From the human T2T-CHM13v2.0 reference genome, Homo sapiens: a DNA stretch of 64,000 nucleotides. This document shows, one piece after another, positions 36,516-52,562 of this stretch. The stretch is from NCBI RefSeq assembly GCF_009914755.1, contig NC_060925.1; one strand, given 5' to 3'. A model generated the notes under the pieces. It worked only from the letters and a program-made list of their open reading frames with translations, was not told where the DNA came from and searched no databases. Within the stretch, counting starts at the first letter, position 1. Every line of letters starts with the position of its first letter. Both the position numbers and the translations under genes were made by a program.

Positions 36516-37499
36516 TCAAAAAAATATACATATTTTTAGTAGAGACAGGGTCTCACCATGTTGGCCAGGCTGGTTTCAAACTCCTGACCTCAAGTGATCC
36601 ACCTGCCTCGGCCTCCCAAAGTGCTAGGGTTATAGGTGTGAGCCACCACACCCGGCTGGACACTCAATTTTAAATGATGTTACATTTTAAAAATTGGGTA
36701 CATTGGTTTTGGGGGTTTGCTTGAGACAGGGTCTCTCTGTCGCCCAGACAGGAGTGCAGCATCAAGATCTCAGCTCACTGCAACCTCTGACTCCTGGGCT
36801 CAAGCAATCCTCCCACTGGCTGACGCCACCACACTGGGCTAATTTTTTAAGTTCCTTTTTTTTTTTTGTAGAGACAGGGTCTCACTATATTGCCCAGGCT
36901 GTTCCTAAACTCCCTGGCTCAAGTGATCCTCCCACCTTCTCCCTTCAAAGTGCTAGGATTACAGGTATGAGCCACCACACCCCACCGGGTACGTTGGTTT
37001 TAGTTTTGTTGGTTTTATTTATTTATTTAATTTATTTGTATTATTACTATTTTTTGAGATGGAGTCTCGCTCTGTTGCCCAGGCTGGAGTGCAGTGGCTC
37101 GATTTCGGCTCACCACAACCTCCGCCTCCTGGGTTCAGGCCATTCTCCTGCCTCAGCCTCCTGAGTAGCTGGGACTACAGGCATGTGTCACCATGCCTGG
37201 GTAATTTTTGTGTTTTTAGTAGAGACGGGGTTTCTACATGTTGGTTGGGCTGGTCTCAAACTCCCGACCTCAGGTGATCTGCCCACCTTGGCCTCTTAAA
37301 GTGCTGGGATTACAGGCGTGAGCCACCACGCCTGGCCTATGTTGTTATTAACTTAAAGCTGAAATAACTTAAAACTACAAATTGGGTCTTTTTTATGTCA
37401 GAAAAACAAACAAAAACCCACTGTGTTTGGAAGGCTCCCTGTAATCTATAAGAAGATCTTTAAATCTTACCAGGTTTCTAAATTATTTTCTCTTCTTCC

Positions 37500-37509
37500 T
37501 TTCTTTCCT

Positions 37510-37569
<60 letters not shown>

Positions 37570-37570
37570 T
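37500..37570. repeat. (TTTC)n tetranucleotide repeat
   Basis: ~15 TTTC units at an Alu tail. Confidence 0.95.
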
Positions 37571-38004
37571 CCTTCTTTTTTGTTGTTGTTGTTGTTGACA
37601 GATTCTCGTTCTTGTTGCCCAGGCTGCAGTGCAGTGGTGCAATCTTGGCTCACTGCAACCTCCGCCTCCTGGGTTCAAGTGATTCTCCTGCCTCAGCCTC
37701 CTAAGTAGCTGGGATTACAGGCGCCCGCCACCATGCCCAGCTAATTTTTGTATTTTTAGTAGAGAGGGGGTTTCGCTATGTTGGCAGGGCTGGTCTCGAA
37801 CTCCTGATCTCAAGTGATCTGCCTGCCTCGGCCTCCCAAAGTGTTGGGATTACAGGTGTGAGCCACTGCGCCACACCTTTTCCTGGTTTTAAATGATCCT
37901 CTCACCTTGGTCTCCCAAAGTGCTGGGATTACAGGGTTGAGCCACCCTGTCCAGCTATTTAGATTTAGGATTGAAAGGACTAATGGTCTGAAATCAGAAA
38001 TTAG

Positions 38005-38271
<267 letters not shown>

Positions 38272-38519
38272 TAATCACCCTGCTTGGCCTCCCAAAGTGC
38301 TGGGATTACACCATGAGCCACCACACCCAGCCAATCAAAGGAGAAGGTTGGTAGAAAAAGTTGTATCTAGCTAAATTATATAAGCAAAAAAGTACTATGT
38401 TGGCCAGGCGCAGTGGCTCTCACCTGTAATCCCAGCACTTTGGGAGGCCGAGGTGGCTGGATCGCTTGAGGCCAGGTGTTGGAGACCAGCGTGGGCAACA
38501 TGGCAAAACCTCGTCTCTA

Positions 38520-38729
<210 letters not shown>

Positions 38730-39715
38730 TCAATTTTCTATAGAAGGTAATTTATCCAACAATCTAGGGTATCAGTAGGGGAATTGAGAATACTAGAGCA
38801 ATTTAAAAAGACCATTGAACTGCTTGAAAAGCTAATACTATTCACTTCCAGGAAAGACTGTCAGATTCAAAGCCTATTTGCTCTTACTTTACACACAATG
38901 CTAATAAATTTTGTTACCTAGTTTCCTAGGACACAGATTAGGAAGAGAATTGCTAAAGCCAGGCACCCAGGAAGTAGCAAGTGGTATTATCTAATATCTT
39001 AACAAAGGATGGGATAAAACAGAAAGAAAATTATTGGAAGGACATAAAAGAACTCAAAATCACACTAGCCTCGGATCATTTTGGGTAGGGCAAAAAGCAT
39101 AGCATATTTTAATATTTCTCAGAGATGCATTACTTTGGAGTTTCATTCTGAATGCTAATAATGACCAAGAAAATAAGAAGAGTTTAAATTATATTTGCTA
39201 TACATTTCAAGAAGGCAGGGATCTATTTTATTTAAAATAAATTTTCATTAAAGTCATATTTTAAAACATTTTATACTGAAAGGGATTAGTTTTAATTATT
39301 TAGAAAATGAATTCAGGCTTTTCACATTATCCAAAGGTGTCAGATAAATGAAGCCTTAATGAATTATAATAGCAAAGTCAGAGTAAATACATACCTGTTT
39401 ACATTGACATATCTTCTAAATGTGTCTTTAGATCTGGTTGGCTGCTTTGACCCCCAAGGAAGAGAGAATAAATAATGCATTTCCCTACAAGCTGATTAAC
39501 AGTAAAAGTTAAAAAGATCCCATTGATATGCTCAGCCCCTCGGAAGACAAAATGAGTAGAAAATAGGAAAGGCATGTCATACTTTGTTCTGAGTTCTCAA
39601 GGATTAAGGAATGGTCATACAAACCAACCCACAATGTAATGTTTATACTGTTAAATAATACAAAACTATATAAATTAACAAAGATTATATATGAAAACAA
39701 TTCTGTGGCTTATGC

Positions 39716-39748
<33 letters not shown>

Positions 39749-42106
39749 CATTGCTTAGAAATTGTTTAGAACTACAGCACACATATATGGCATTGCTTAG
39801 AACTATAGCATACATATATGCTAGAGTTTAAGTGTTTAAAAGGCTGGGCGCGGTGGCTCACGCCTGAAATCCCAGCACTTTGGGAGGCCGAGGCGGGCGG
39901 ATCACGAGGTCAGGAAATCGAGATCATCCTGGCTAACATGGTGAAACCCTGTCTCTACTAAAAATACAAAAAATTAGCTGGGCGTGGTGGTGGGTGCCTG
40001 TAGTCCCAGCTACTTGGGAGGCTGAGGCAGAAGAATGGCGTGAACCCTGGAAGGCAGAGCTTGCAGTGAGCCGAGATCGCGCCACTGCACTCCAGCCTGG
40101 GTGACAGAGCGAGACTTTGTCTCAAAAAAAAAAAAAAAAAGTTTAAGAATTTAATAAGGTCATGAAATCCATTAATGGTATGGTTATCACTTTGGGATGC
40201 TTCTGAGGCTCTCAGGGAGTTATTGGAAGGTCAAAGTAAGATGAAGGCAGAAGATTCTGTGAGGCTATCAGCCAAGACCACCTGAGCCCATCTGCTTTTC
40301 TTCTGTTTTTTGTTTTGTTTTGTTTTGTATTTTGAGACTGAGTCTCACTCTGTCGCCCAGGCTTGAGTGGAGTGGCACGATCTCGGCTCACTGAAACCTC
40401 CACCTCCCAGGTTCAAGTGATTCTCCTGCCTCAGCCTTCCCAGTAGCTGGGATTACAGGCGCCCGCCACCACCTCCAGTTAACATTTGTATTTTTAATTG
40501 AGACGGGGTTTCACCATTTCAACCAGGCTGGTCTCAAACTCCTGATCTCAAATGATCAGCCTGCCTCAGCCTCCCAAAGTGCTGGGATTACAGGTGTGAG
40601 CCACTACACCCAGTCCATCTGCTTTTCTTCTTTGCTGTCTAAGACAGCAAGGTGTTTCTTGCCTGTTTTACTTAGGGGTAACAGGACTCATCAAGACACA
40701 CTGAGGGACTCAGCCAAGCACACCACAGGTCTTAGGGCTGCAGTCTACTGTTACATTTCCCTACCTAGAAGCTAAACCCCATGGGAGCTGGAACCTTGTC
40801 TGTCTTGTGTATAGCACAAGGCTAGCATGTGGTAGTATACAAACATTTCTTGAATAAATATCATAGAGTGGCAATGAGAGTCTGAGGTAGATAAGTGCCT
40901 GCAGCCTTAATTTGGAAAGATTTTCCCAGGAATAAGAGCTTGAAGTGGAGATATACGGTCTACTCAGGGAGTTCAGGGTCGTGCATGATAATCTGTAATG
41001 GAACTATGCACCCCAGAATGAACTTTGACAAGGTCCCAGATTCAGGCATGAACATTTAGGGAAAGTATTTTAATTACTATGCTAGTTTTTCTTTGGGACT
41101 GATAATTTAAGTGTGTTTCTTAAAAATTTGTGTTTGGGTAGCTTTATTTATTCAGGAAGAACATCTTTATTTTTTTGGAAAACAGAAAACCTTTTCCTTG
41201 TTTTGCCATTCAGCAGGGCAGAATGTTTAGACTGATTCTTTTTTATAGAAGTAACTTAAGCATACCCAAATGTCTAAGTATACAGTTGTACCCCTTGACG
41301 TGACAAGAGAAAACAATCCAGGTGGAAATGAACAGTGAGAGACGTGTAGGTTCCCTATTCTTTGAGGAGTAACATAGGGAAATGAAAGTGAACTGAAGAG
41401 AGGAAGAAAAGTGGAAGCTGAAGAAACAGCCAAGATAATCAGGAAGAGAGATTTAAAATCACGCTCCTCTTGAGCTCCATGTGCATTTGCGCTTGCTTCT
41501 TTCTCTGCCTCTTGGTTGTTTCAAGGTACCAGGCATGAGTTCCCACACAGCACACCCTCGACCTCTCCTGGTCACACTCTGTCATGAGTCACAACCTTGA
41601 TTGTGAACACAGCAAAGAGCAGGGCTCTCAGGGAGGAAGACAGTGCCTGATCCAGTGTCCACTACTTCAAGAAATGGGCATAAGGTGGCAGCACTGGTAG
41701 CACCTGCAGGTGTCTTGGAGAGGAAGCTTGGCCAAGGGCCAGCTGCACTTGAGCTGCTAAGTCCCAGGGAGAAAATGGAAAAAAAGAACTCTGCTAAAGT
41801 CCTCCTTACTAGAGTAGTCAGTAACGGGAGGAGAAAGGCTTCTCGTAGGGGAACGACGGTAGTCAGGAACTCCACTGGGAGGAGTGGGTGAGAGGGTCAC
41901 ATTGCTGTCTGGCACCCACACATCTGTTGGAAGAATGCTACCACTTATGAGAAAGGATTGAGACAGGTGAACAACATGGATGAAACTTGAAAACAGTATG
42001 CTAAATGAAAGAAACCAGTCACAAAAGACTGCATATTATATGACTCCATTTTTAAAAAATGTCCATGAATACACAAATCTGTAGAAATGGAAAGTAGATA
42101 TTTTTC

Positions 42107-42137
<31 letters not shown>

Positions 42138-43008
42138 TTTGAGATGGAATCTTACTCTGTTACCCACGCTGGAGTGCAGTCTTGCGATCTCTGCCCATTG
42201 CAACCTCTACCTCTTGGGTTCGTGCAATTCTCCTGCCTCAACCTCCCAAGTAATCGAGATTACAGGTGCCTGCCACTAGACCTGGCTAATTTTTGTATTT
42301 TCAGTAGAGATGGGGTTTCACCATGTTGGCCGGGCTAGTCTCAAACTTCTGACTTCAGGTGATCTGCCCACCTCGGCCTCCCAAAGTGCTGGGATTACAG
42401 GTGTAAGCCATCACCCCTGGCGTACAGAAAGTAGATTAATGGTTGCCTAGGGCTTGAAGCTGGGGAGAATGGGGAGAGGAGGCTAAAGGGTATGGAGTTT
42501 CTTTTCAGGATGATGAGATGTTCTAAAATTGATTGTGGTGATGGTTGCATAACTCTGAATATGCTGAAACCATTGAATTGTACAATTTGATGGGTGAATT
42601 GTAATTATATTTCAAAGCTGTCATAAAAAATGACTGATGAACATTTATTTAAAAATCAGACAGTAAAGGTTATAATGTGAGTGCATTCTTACCATCTTTC
42701 CCCTCCCTGGTCCTATGAATGTGGATGGCCACAATGGGAGTAAGAGGCATCCCTCTTCGTGGAACCACCCATCTTTTTTTTTTTTTTTGAGACAGGGTCT
42801 CGCTTTTTTATTCTAGGCTTACTATAGCTTTTACCTCCTGGAATCAAGGGATCTCCCACCTTAGCCTCCTTAGTAACTGGAAGGGAACCACCCATCCTTG
42901 AGACAGTGCCTCTCAGCCGGGCGCCATGGCCCACGCCTGTAATCCCAGCCCTTTGGGAGGCCGAGGTGGGCAGATCACGAGGTCAGGAGATTGAGACCAT
43001 CCTGGCTA

Positions 43009-43233
<225 letters not shown>

Positions 43234-43364
43234 TTATTTTAGAGACCAGGTCTCTATATAACTGTTGGCCAGAGTAGTCTTAAACTCCTGGCCTCAAGCA
43301 ATCCTTCTGCCTTGACCTCCAAAAGCACTGGAATTACAAGCATGAGCCATCACACCTGGCCAGG

Positions 43365-43515
43365 CTTCAAACTTTAATTTGCAGAAAAATAACCTGGAAT
43401 ATTGTCAAAATGCAGATTCTGTTTCAGAAGGTCTGAAGTGGGGCCTGAGATTGTGCATTTCTAAGATGCTCCAAGGTGAGGTTTAAACTGCTAATCCTAG
43501 GATCACACTCAGAAA
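43365..43515. mobile_element. MER5-type hAT relic
   Basis: AAAATGCAGATTCTG...GGTCTGAAGTGGGGCCTGAGATTGTGCATTTCTAA...CCAAGGTGA motif string. Confidence 0.65.
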
Positions 43516-43563
43516 TGAGAAGCTCTAAGAGACCCAAAGAAATTATATTCTTTGATTGGGATC

Positions 43564-43597
<34 letters not shown>

Positions 43598-43699
43598 TGC
43601 TTCTACTAACAGTTAATATTAGTACCTTGAAAAAGTACATTTCTAACATTATTGGATTTATTGCACATTTTTATTGAAAACCTCAGAATTCAGAATTTA

Positions 43700-43865
43700 T
43701 AAGAGAGCTGAGTTTGAATCCTGACTCCATCATTTACCAGTATTGTAACCTTAAATTACATAATCTATATGAGCCTCAGTTTCTTTGCTTATATAGGACA
43801 TAATAATGCCTCTTATTGGATTTTTGTGAGTATTAGAGACTATATAGCACACACATAATAGTCAC
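43700..43865. mobile_element. MIR
   Basis: GAGTTTGAATCCTGACTCC...GAGCCTCAGTTTCTT...ATAATAATGCC core. Confidence 0.7.
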
Positions 43866-43969
43866 TTGTGAGATAGCTTCTATTATTATTATTATTATTA
43901 TTATTTGAGACAGGGTCTTGCTCTGTCACTCAGGCTGGAGTGCAATGGTGCAATCATAGCTCACTGTAA

Positions 43970-44215
<246 letters not shown>

Positions 44216-44376
44216 TGAGATGAAGGATCTACCACACTTTCGTTTTCATGTTTATATTACTCCATATTTTCTTTTAAATCTTCTAAATCTCCCAAATCTT
44301 CAAATTTTGGTTCTGTAAGAGATGCTTCCCTAAGATATTTTTTCTTCTTTCATTTGAAGACATCACTGTCGTTTAG

Positions 44377-44517
<141 letters not shown>

Positions 44518-45370
44518 TGAGCCTCCCAAGTAGGTGGGATTACAGGGGCCCATGACCACGCCCGGCTAATTTTTGTATTTTTAGTAGAGATAGGGTTTCT
44601 TCATGTTAGCCAGGCTGGTCTTGAACTCCTGATCTAAGGTGATCTGCCCACCTCGGCCTCCCAAAGTGCTGGGATTGCAGGCATGAGCCATCACATCCAG
44701 CCTGTATCATTTGGAAGCGATGTATTATTTGGAACCAATCCAAATAAAAGACAACACACACCTATGTGTGGGTGCAGTGGCTCATGCCTGTAATCCCAAC
44801 ACATTGAGAGGGTGAGGCAAGCAGATCACTTGAGGTCAGGAGTTCAAGACCAGCTTGGGCAACATGGCAAAACCCTGTCTCTACAAAACATACAAAAATT
44901 AGTCAGGCATGGTGATGTGTGCCTGTAGTTCCAGCTGCTCCAGAGGCTGGGGTGGTAGGAGCACTTGAACCCAGGATGTTGAGGCTACAGTGAGCCAATA
45001 TCATGTCACTGCACTCCAGCTCGGGCAACAGAGTGAGACCCTGTCTCAAAAAAAAAATAAAAATAAAAATAAAAAAAAGGGCCCAGCTGTAATCCCAGCA
45101 CTTTGGGAGGCTAAGGCAGGTGGATCACCTGAGGTCAAGACGAGCCTGGCCAACATGGGGAAACCCCATCTCGACTCAAAATGCAAAATTTAGCCAGGCG
45201 TGGTGGTGTGCGTCTATAATCCCAGCTCCTCAGGAGGCGGTGGCAAGAGAATCACTTGAACCTGGGAGGTAGAGGTTGCAGTGAGCTGAGATCATGGCAC
45301 TGCACTCCAGCCTGGGCAACAGAGCAAGAGTCTGTCTCTAAATAAATAAATAAATAAATAAAGTGATTCA

Positions 45371-45735
<365 letters not shown>

Positions 45736-45814
45736 TCACACCTCTAAGCAGGAGGATTGCTTGAGCTCAAGAGTTTGAGACCATCCTGGGTAACATAGTG
45801 AGACCCCATCTCTA

Positions 45815-45955
<141 letters not shown>

Positions 45956-45992
45956 TCACTGCACTGCAGCCTAGGTGAAAAAACGGGACCCG

Positions 45993-46027
<35 letters not shown>

Positions 46028-46043
46028 CAGGCACAGTGGCTCA

Positions 46044-46307
<264 letters not shown>

Positions 46308-46361
46308 CTATCTCAAAAGCAAAACAAAACAAAACAAACAAACAAAAAACAAAACAAAAAA

Positions 46362-46425
46362 AGAAAGAAAGAAAGAAGGAAGGAAGGGAGGGAGGGAGGG
46401 AGGAAGGAAGGAAAGAAAGAAAAAG
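46362..46425. repeat. (GAAA/GGAA/GGGA)n purine repeat
   Basis: Direct observation. Confidence 0.9.
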
Positions 46426-46947
46426 AAATTCAAAAAGGAATTTTGGTCTCTGATTTTTAAGTGTAAAGCTGAAATAATTCAACAAAATTTATTTTTATTT
46501 TTGTTACAAATTCTTTCATACTTAGTTACATCATTGTGGTTTGTGGCCTCTGTTGTTTTCCTTTTCCTTTACAGGTACACCAGGCAAGTTCTCCTAATGC
46601 CTGGCCCTCAGGGAAGCTTATAGAGTGAGGCAATTTGGAAAACCCTGTTTTGGAACTGAGTTGCTCCTCAATAGCTCCCCATGGAAGAAGGATTCCTAGT
46701 ACTGTACATCACTGGCACACAACTTGGTCTGGAGTGAGGACTGTGGCTTCCTTCTTGAGGCACTCTGACCCAGGAGATTCACAGACTGGAGCACCAGGTG
46801 ATCACCCAGGCACCTTGTCCTCCCATGTAATACTTGAGCTAGTCTCCTCTGAGTGTTATAATGACAGACCCAAGAGGCTGCCCAATTTGTTTGCTTTCAT
46901 TTTGTTTTTATATTCTTTCAACTTTTAGGCTGACCTTATCTCCCTGA

Positions 46948-47649
<702 letters not shown>

Positions 47650-49795
47650 TAATTTTTCAATATACTTTTATAAATTTGACCTCTTGCCAACAACTTTCTA
47701 TTACTGTGTACCCAGCACTACCCATATGAATGCCTAAGCAGTATAGAACTTAAGAATTTGTTTTCTTCTCTTTTCTAAATTATTAGGAGTCTAATGCTGT
47801 CAACTGGTAAATGTTTTGAGTTTAAGGTAAACATCACATAGTTAACAAATACTTTTACAAATGCTATAACAGACAATTGGGTTTGGGGCCAGGCATGGTG
47901 GCTCACACTTCCAATCCCAGCACTTTGGGAGGCTCAGGCGGGCGGGTCGCTTGAGCCCAGGAGTTCGAGGCCAGCCAGGGCAACAGGGCAAAAACCTGTC
48001 TCCACCAAAAATACAAAAATTAGCTGGGCGTGGTGGTGTACACCTGTAGTCCCAGCTACTAGGAGGCTGAAGTGAGAGGATCGCTTGAGCCCAGGAGTTT
48101 GAGGCCAGCCAGGGCAACATGGCAAAAACCCATCTCCAGCAAAAATACAAAAGTTAGCCAGGTGTGGTGGTGTACACTTGTAGTCCCAGCTACTAGGAGG
48201 CTGAGGTGGGAGGGTTGCTGAGCCCAGGAGGTAGAGCCTTCAGTGAGCTGAGATCACGCCACTGCACTCCAGCCTAGGTGACAGAGTGAGACCCCATGTC
48301 AATTTAAAAAAAAAAAGAAAAAAAAAAAGAAATAAAAAGAAAATTGAGTTTGGAGATGCCATTTTTTAAAAACTTTTTTTTTTTTTTTGAGATAGAGTCC
48401 CTCTCTATCACCCAGGCTGGAGGGCAGTGGCGCAATCTTGGCTCACTGCAACTCCACCTCCCGAGTTCAAGTGATTCTCCTGCCTCAGCCTCCCAAGTAG
48501 CTGGGACTACAGGCGCATGACACCACACCCGGCTAATTTTTGTATTTTTGGGAGAGATGGGTTTTGCCGTGTTTGCCAGGCTGGTCTTGAACTCCTGACC
48601 TCACGTGATCCTCCCACCTCGGCCTCCCAAGTGCTGGGATTACAGGCATGAGCCACTGCGCCTGCCCTAAAATCTTTTTTTTTTTTAAATAGAGAATTCT
48701 GTTGAACACATATTTTCAAACTTGAAAAATAAAACAAGGGGTCTACATAGTCAATGCAGCTTTGAATATTTAAAATTTCTTCAGGTAACTGTTCTGCTTT
48801 GTGTCGCTGCTAGGTGAGGCACTCAAAAAGGCTGAACTGAAGGAACGAACTAGCTGAAAGGGACAGCCACACTTTCATGGAGTGAGGAAGTGCTGGTTGC
48901 CAGTCTGGGACTTCCCAGGTCACTAATTTTGAAACCCACCAAACACTGATCTAATGATCAAATTCTAGTCTTTCAGTAGCAAGGATTGAAAGATTGGAAG
49001 ACTTTATTCTGTTTCCTCATTGGAAGACTTTATTCTGTTTCCTCACCTAGCACCAGGATTCTGTTGGGGAGTTCCAATGAAAGGGACTCTAAGTGGGGCT
49101 TGCTCTTTCCTTTCTCATCTGTCCAATTAAGGAAATTATTTGATTTGGCGCATCTTAGCCATTCATTTTGGTGGACAGATGTTTCTCTTGCTACAAAGAC
49201 CAAGGACCATTCTAAACCCAGACTTAGCTGAATCAGTAGAACAAATATCTTATGATTCCACATAGCTGCCTTAGGAGCACTGGGTTTCAAAACCATGCAG
49301 GAATCCTTGGCATGAGCACTGTTATGTACAGGAGCCTGAGTTTGAGAGCATACGGTGTGGTATAAATTTTACATTGTGTACATTTTTGTGCTATTTAGTC
49401 CAAGTATAATCACCCAGTGTGAGAGCCTAAGTGACCCTGAGACAAAAAAAAAAAAAAAAGGAAAAGTCCCAGCGCAGTGGCTCATGCCTGTGATTCCCAG
49501 AACTTTGGGAGGCCAAGGCAGGCGGATCATGAGGTCAGGAGTTTGAGAGAAGCCTGGCCAACATGGTGAAACCCCATCTCTACTAAAAATACAAAAATTA
49601 GCCGGGCACGGTGGAGGTTGCAGTGAGCCGAGATCGCGCCACTGCACTCCAGCCTGGGCAACGGAGCAAAACTCCCTCTCAAAAAAAAAAAAGAAAGAAA
49701 AACAAAAAAGAGAAGAGCGAGAAGGAAAGGGAAGAGCAGAAGAAAAGGATAAGTTACTTTAATTATCTTATCCTCTACAAGAAAAAAATGACTAA

Positions 49796-50380
<585 letters not shown>

Positions 50381-51328
50381 TAGCGAACTGTAGCCTTGGA
50401 TTCCAGGCCCCAGGAAATACTCCCACCTCAGCCTCCCGAGTAGCCACTGTACCTGACAAAATGAGGGATCTTGATCTGAGTGCTAGGAACTTATAAACAA
50501 ATATTGAATCCAACAGGCTTGTACTATTTTGGAGGTATGTTTTTCCTTTTAAGTAGATATCAGCTTATAATGTACTTTATGGGAGGTACAACAGTAGTGT
50601 ATACTCAATGTTGTATATCATAGTAGAGTAATTATAAGAGGATCTCCCATTTATAGTAAACTGAATGAAAGGATTGACATCCCAAACCAAAAAGTGGAAA
50701 ATGGCAAACTGGTTTCAAAATATCATAGTGAAGAGATGGCTATTCTACTGGAGGGGACCCTCTGCTCTGATGCTTCTAAGCAGACATAGTCCTTATAACT
50801 GGATTTTGTGAGTCTATTTGAAATCCTGGTTATTACAGTTTATGAATGGATACAGCCATTTGGAAACCTGACTTAGAATGAAAGTCTAGACATTTGTCTC
50901 AAAAGTAGAGCTAGCTCTCAAACTATATGCTCCTTGCTTTGAATACTGAGTAGGGCATAAGCCTTTAACTTTCCTTTCCTCATCTCCTACTCCCACTCAC
51001 TTCCAAGAAGAACACCTCTGTAGAGTTTTCATCTGTCTTTGTAGTACTCCATTCCTGTAAATTCCTTCTCCACGTTTTTGCTATTTCATTTAGTTTGGAA
51101 AATGGCAGTGTGGAATATGTTTGGTATAACCTTAATCCTGGCCAGCGTCTCTGATCCCTAAAAAAAAAAGTATACATACATATATATATATATAAAAATA
51201 TATATATATTTAGAGAGAGAGCGAGTGTGTGTTTTCTGGGGTTAAAAACACAGAAGTAAAAACCTTAAACACAATAGAAAACAAACCTCCCTTATTATCC
51301 AGGTCCCCTGCATATTTTTAGTTGTTTA

Positions 51329-51669
<341 letters not shown>

Positions 51670-52343
51670 TTAAATATTTCTCATATTTTGGCATCACACA
51701 CAAAAATATGATGCCAGAGGTTTGTGTGTATGTGTGTGCATGTGTGTGGTGGAGGTGAGGGGGAGACTTGGTCCTATAGCACGGTGTGCAATGGTGAAGA
51801 ACCTACTAAATTAATTAATCTTCACATTAGCAGATAACTGAGAATATGAATCACTCACAGGCAGTCAAAAGGTGATGTCAGTGAACAGTTATGGCACAGC
51901 ATGACTGCTCCTGTTTGACACTGCATTTAGTCCTAGCACTACTGCTATTGCAGGGCTCTCCTATGAATTTTATTGTGGAATTTCAGAAATTTCTACTGCC
52001 AGTTGGGTGCAGTGGCTCATGCCTGTAATCCCAGCACTTTGGGAGGCCAAGGTGGGAGGATCATTTGAGCCCAGGAATTCAGACCAGCCTGGGCAATATG
52101 GCGAACCCTGTCTCTACGAAAAAATTTTTAAAAATTACCTGGATGTGGTGGCACATGCCTGTAGTCCCAGCTATTAGGGAGGCTGAAGCAGGAAAACCAC
52201 CTGAGTCCAGGGAGGTCAAGGCTGCAGTAAGCCATGGTCACACCACTGAACTCCAGCCTGGGCAACAGAGTGAGACCCTGTCTCAAAAAATAAATAAAAT
52301 AAAGTAAAATAAAATTCTACTGCCAAGTAGTAGCTAAATGTAA

Positions 52344-52562
<219 letters not shown>

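Noticed and set aside
41643-41891. ORF starting (M)PDPVST, superficially like histone H2B
   Set aside because: GTG start, similarity limited to four residues, no histone fold.
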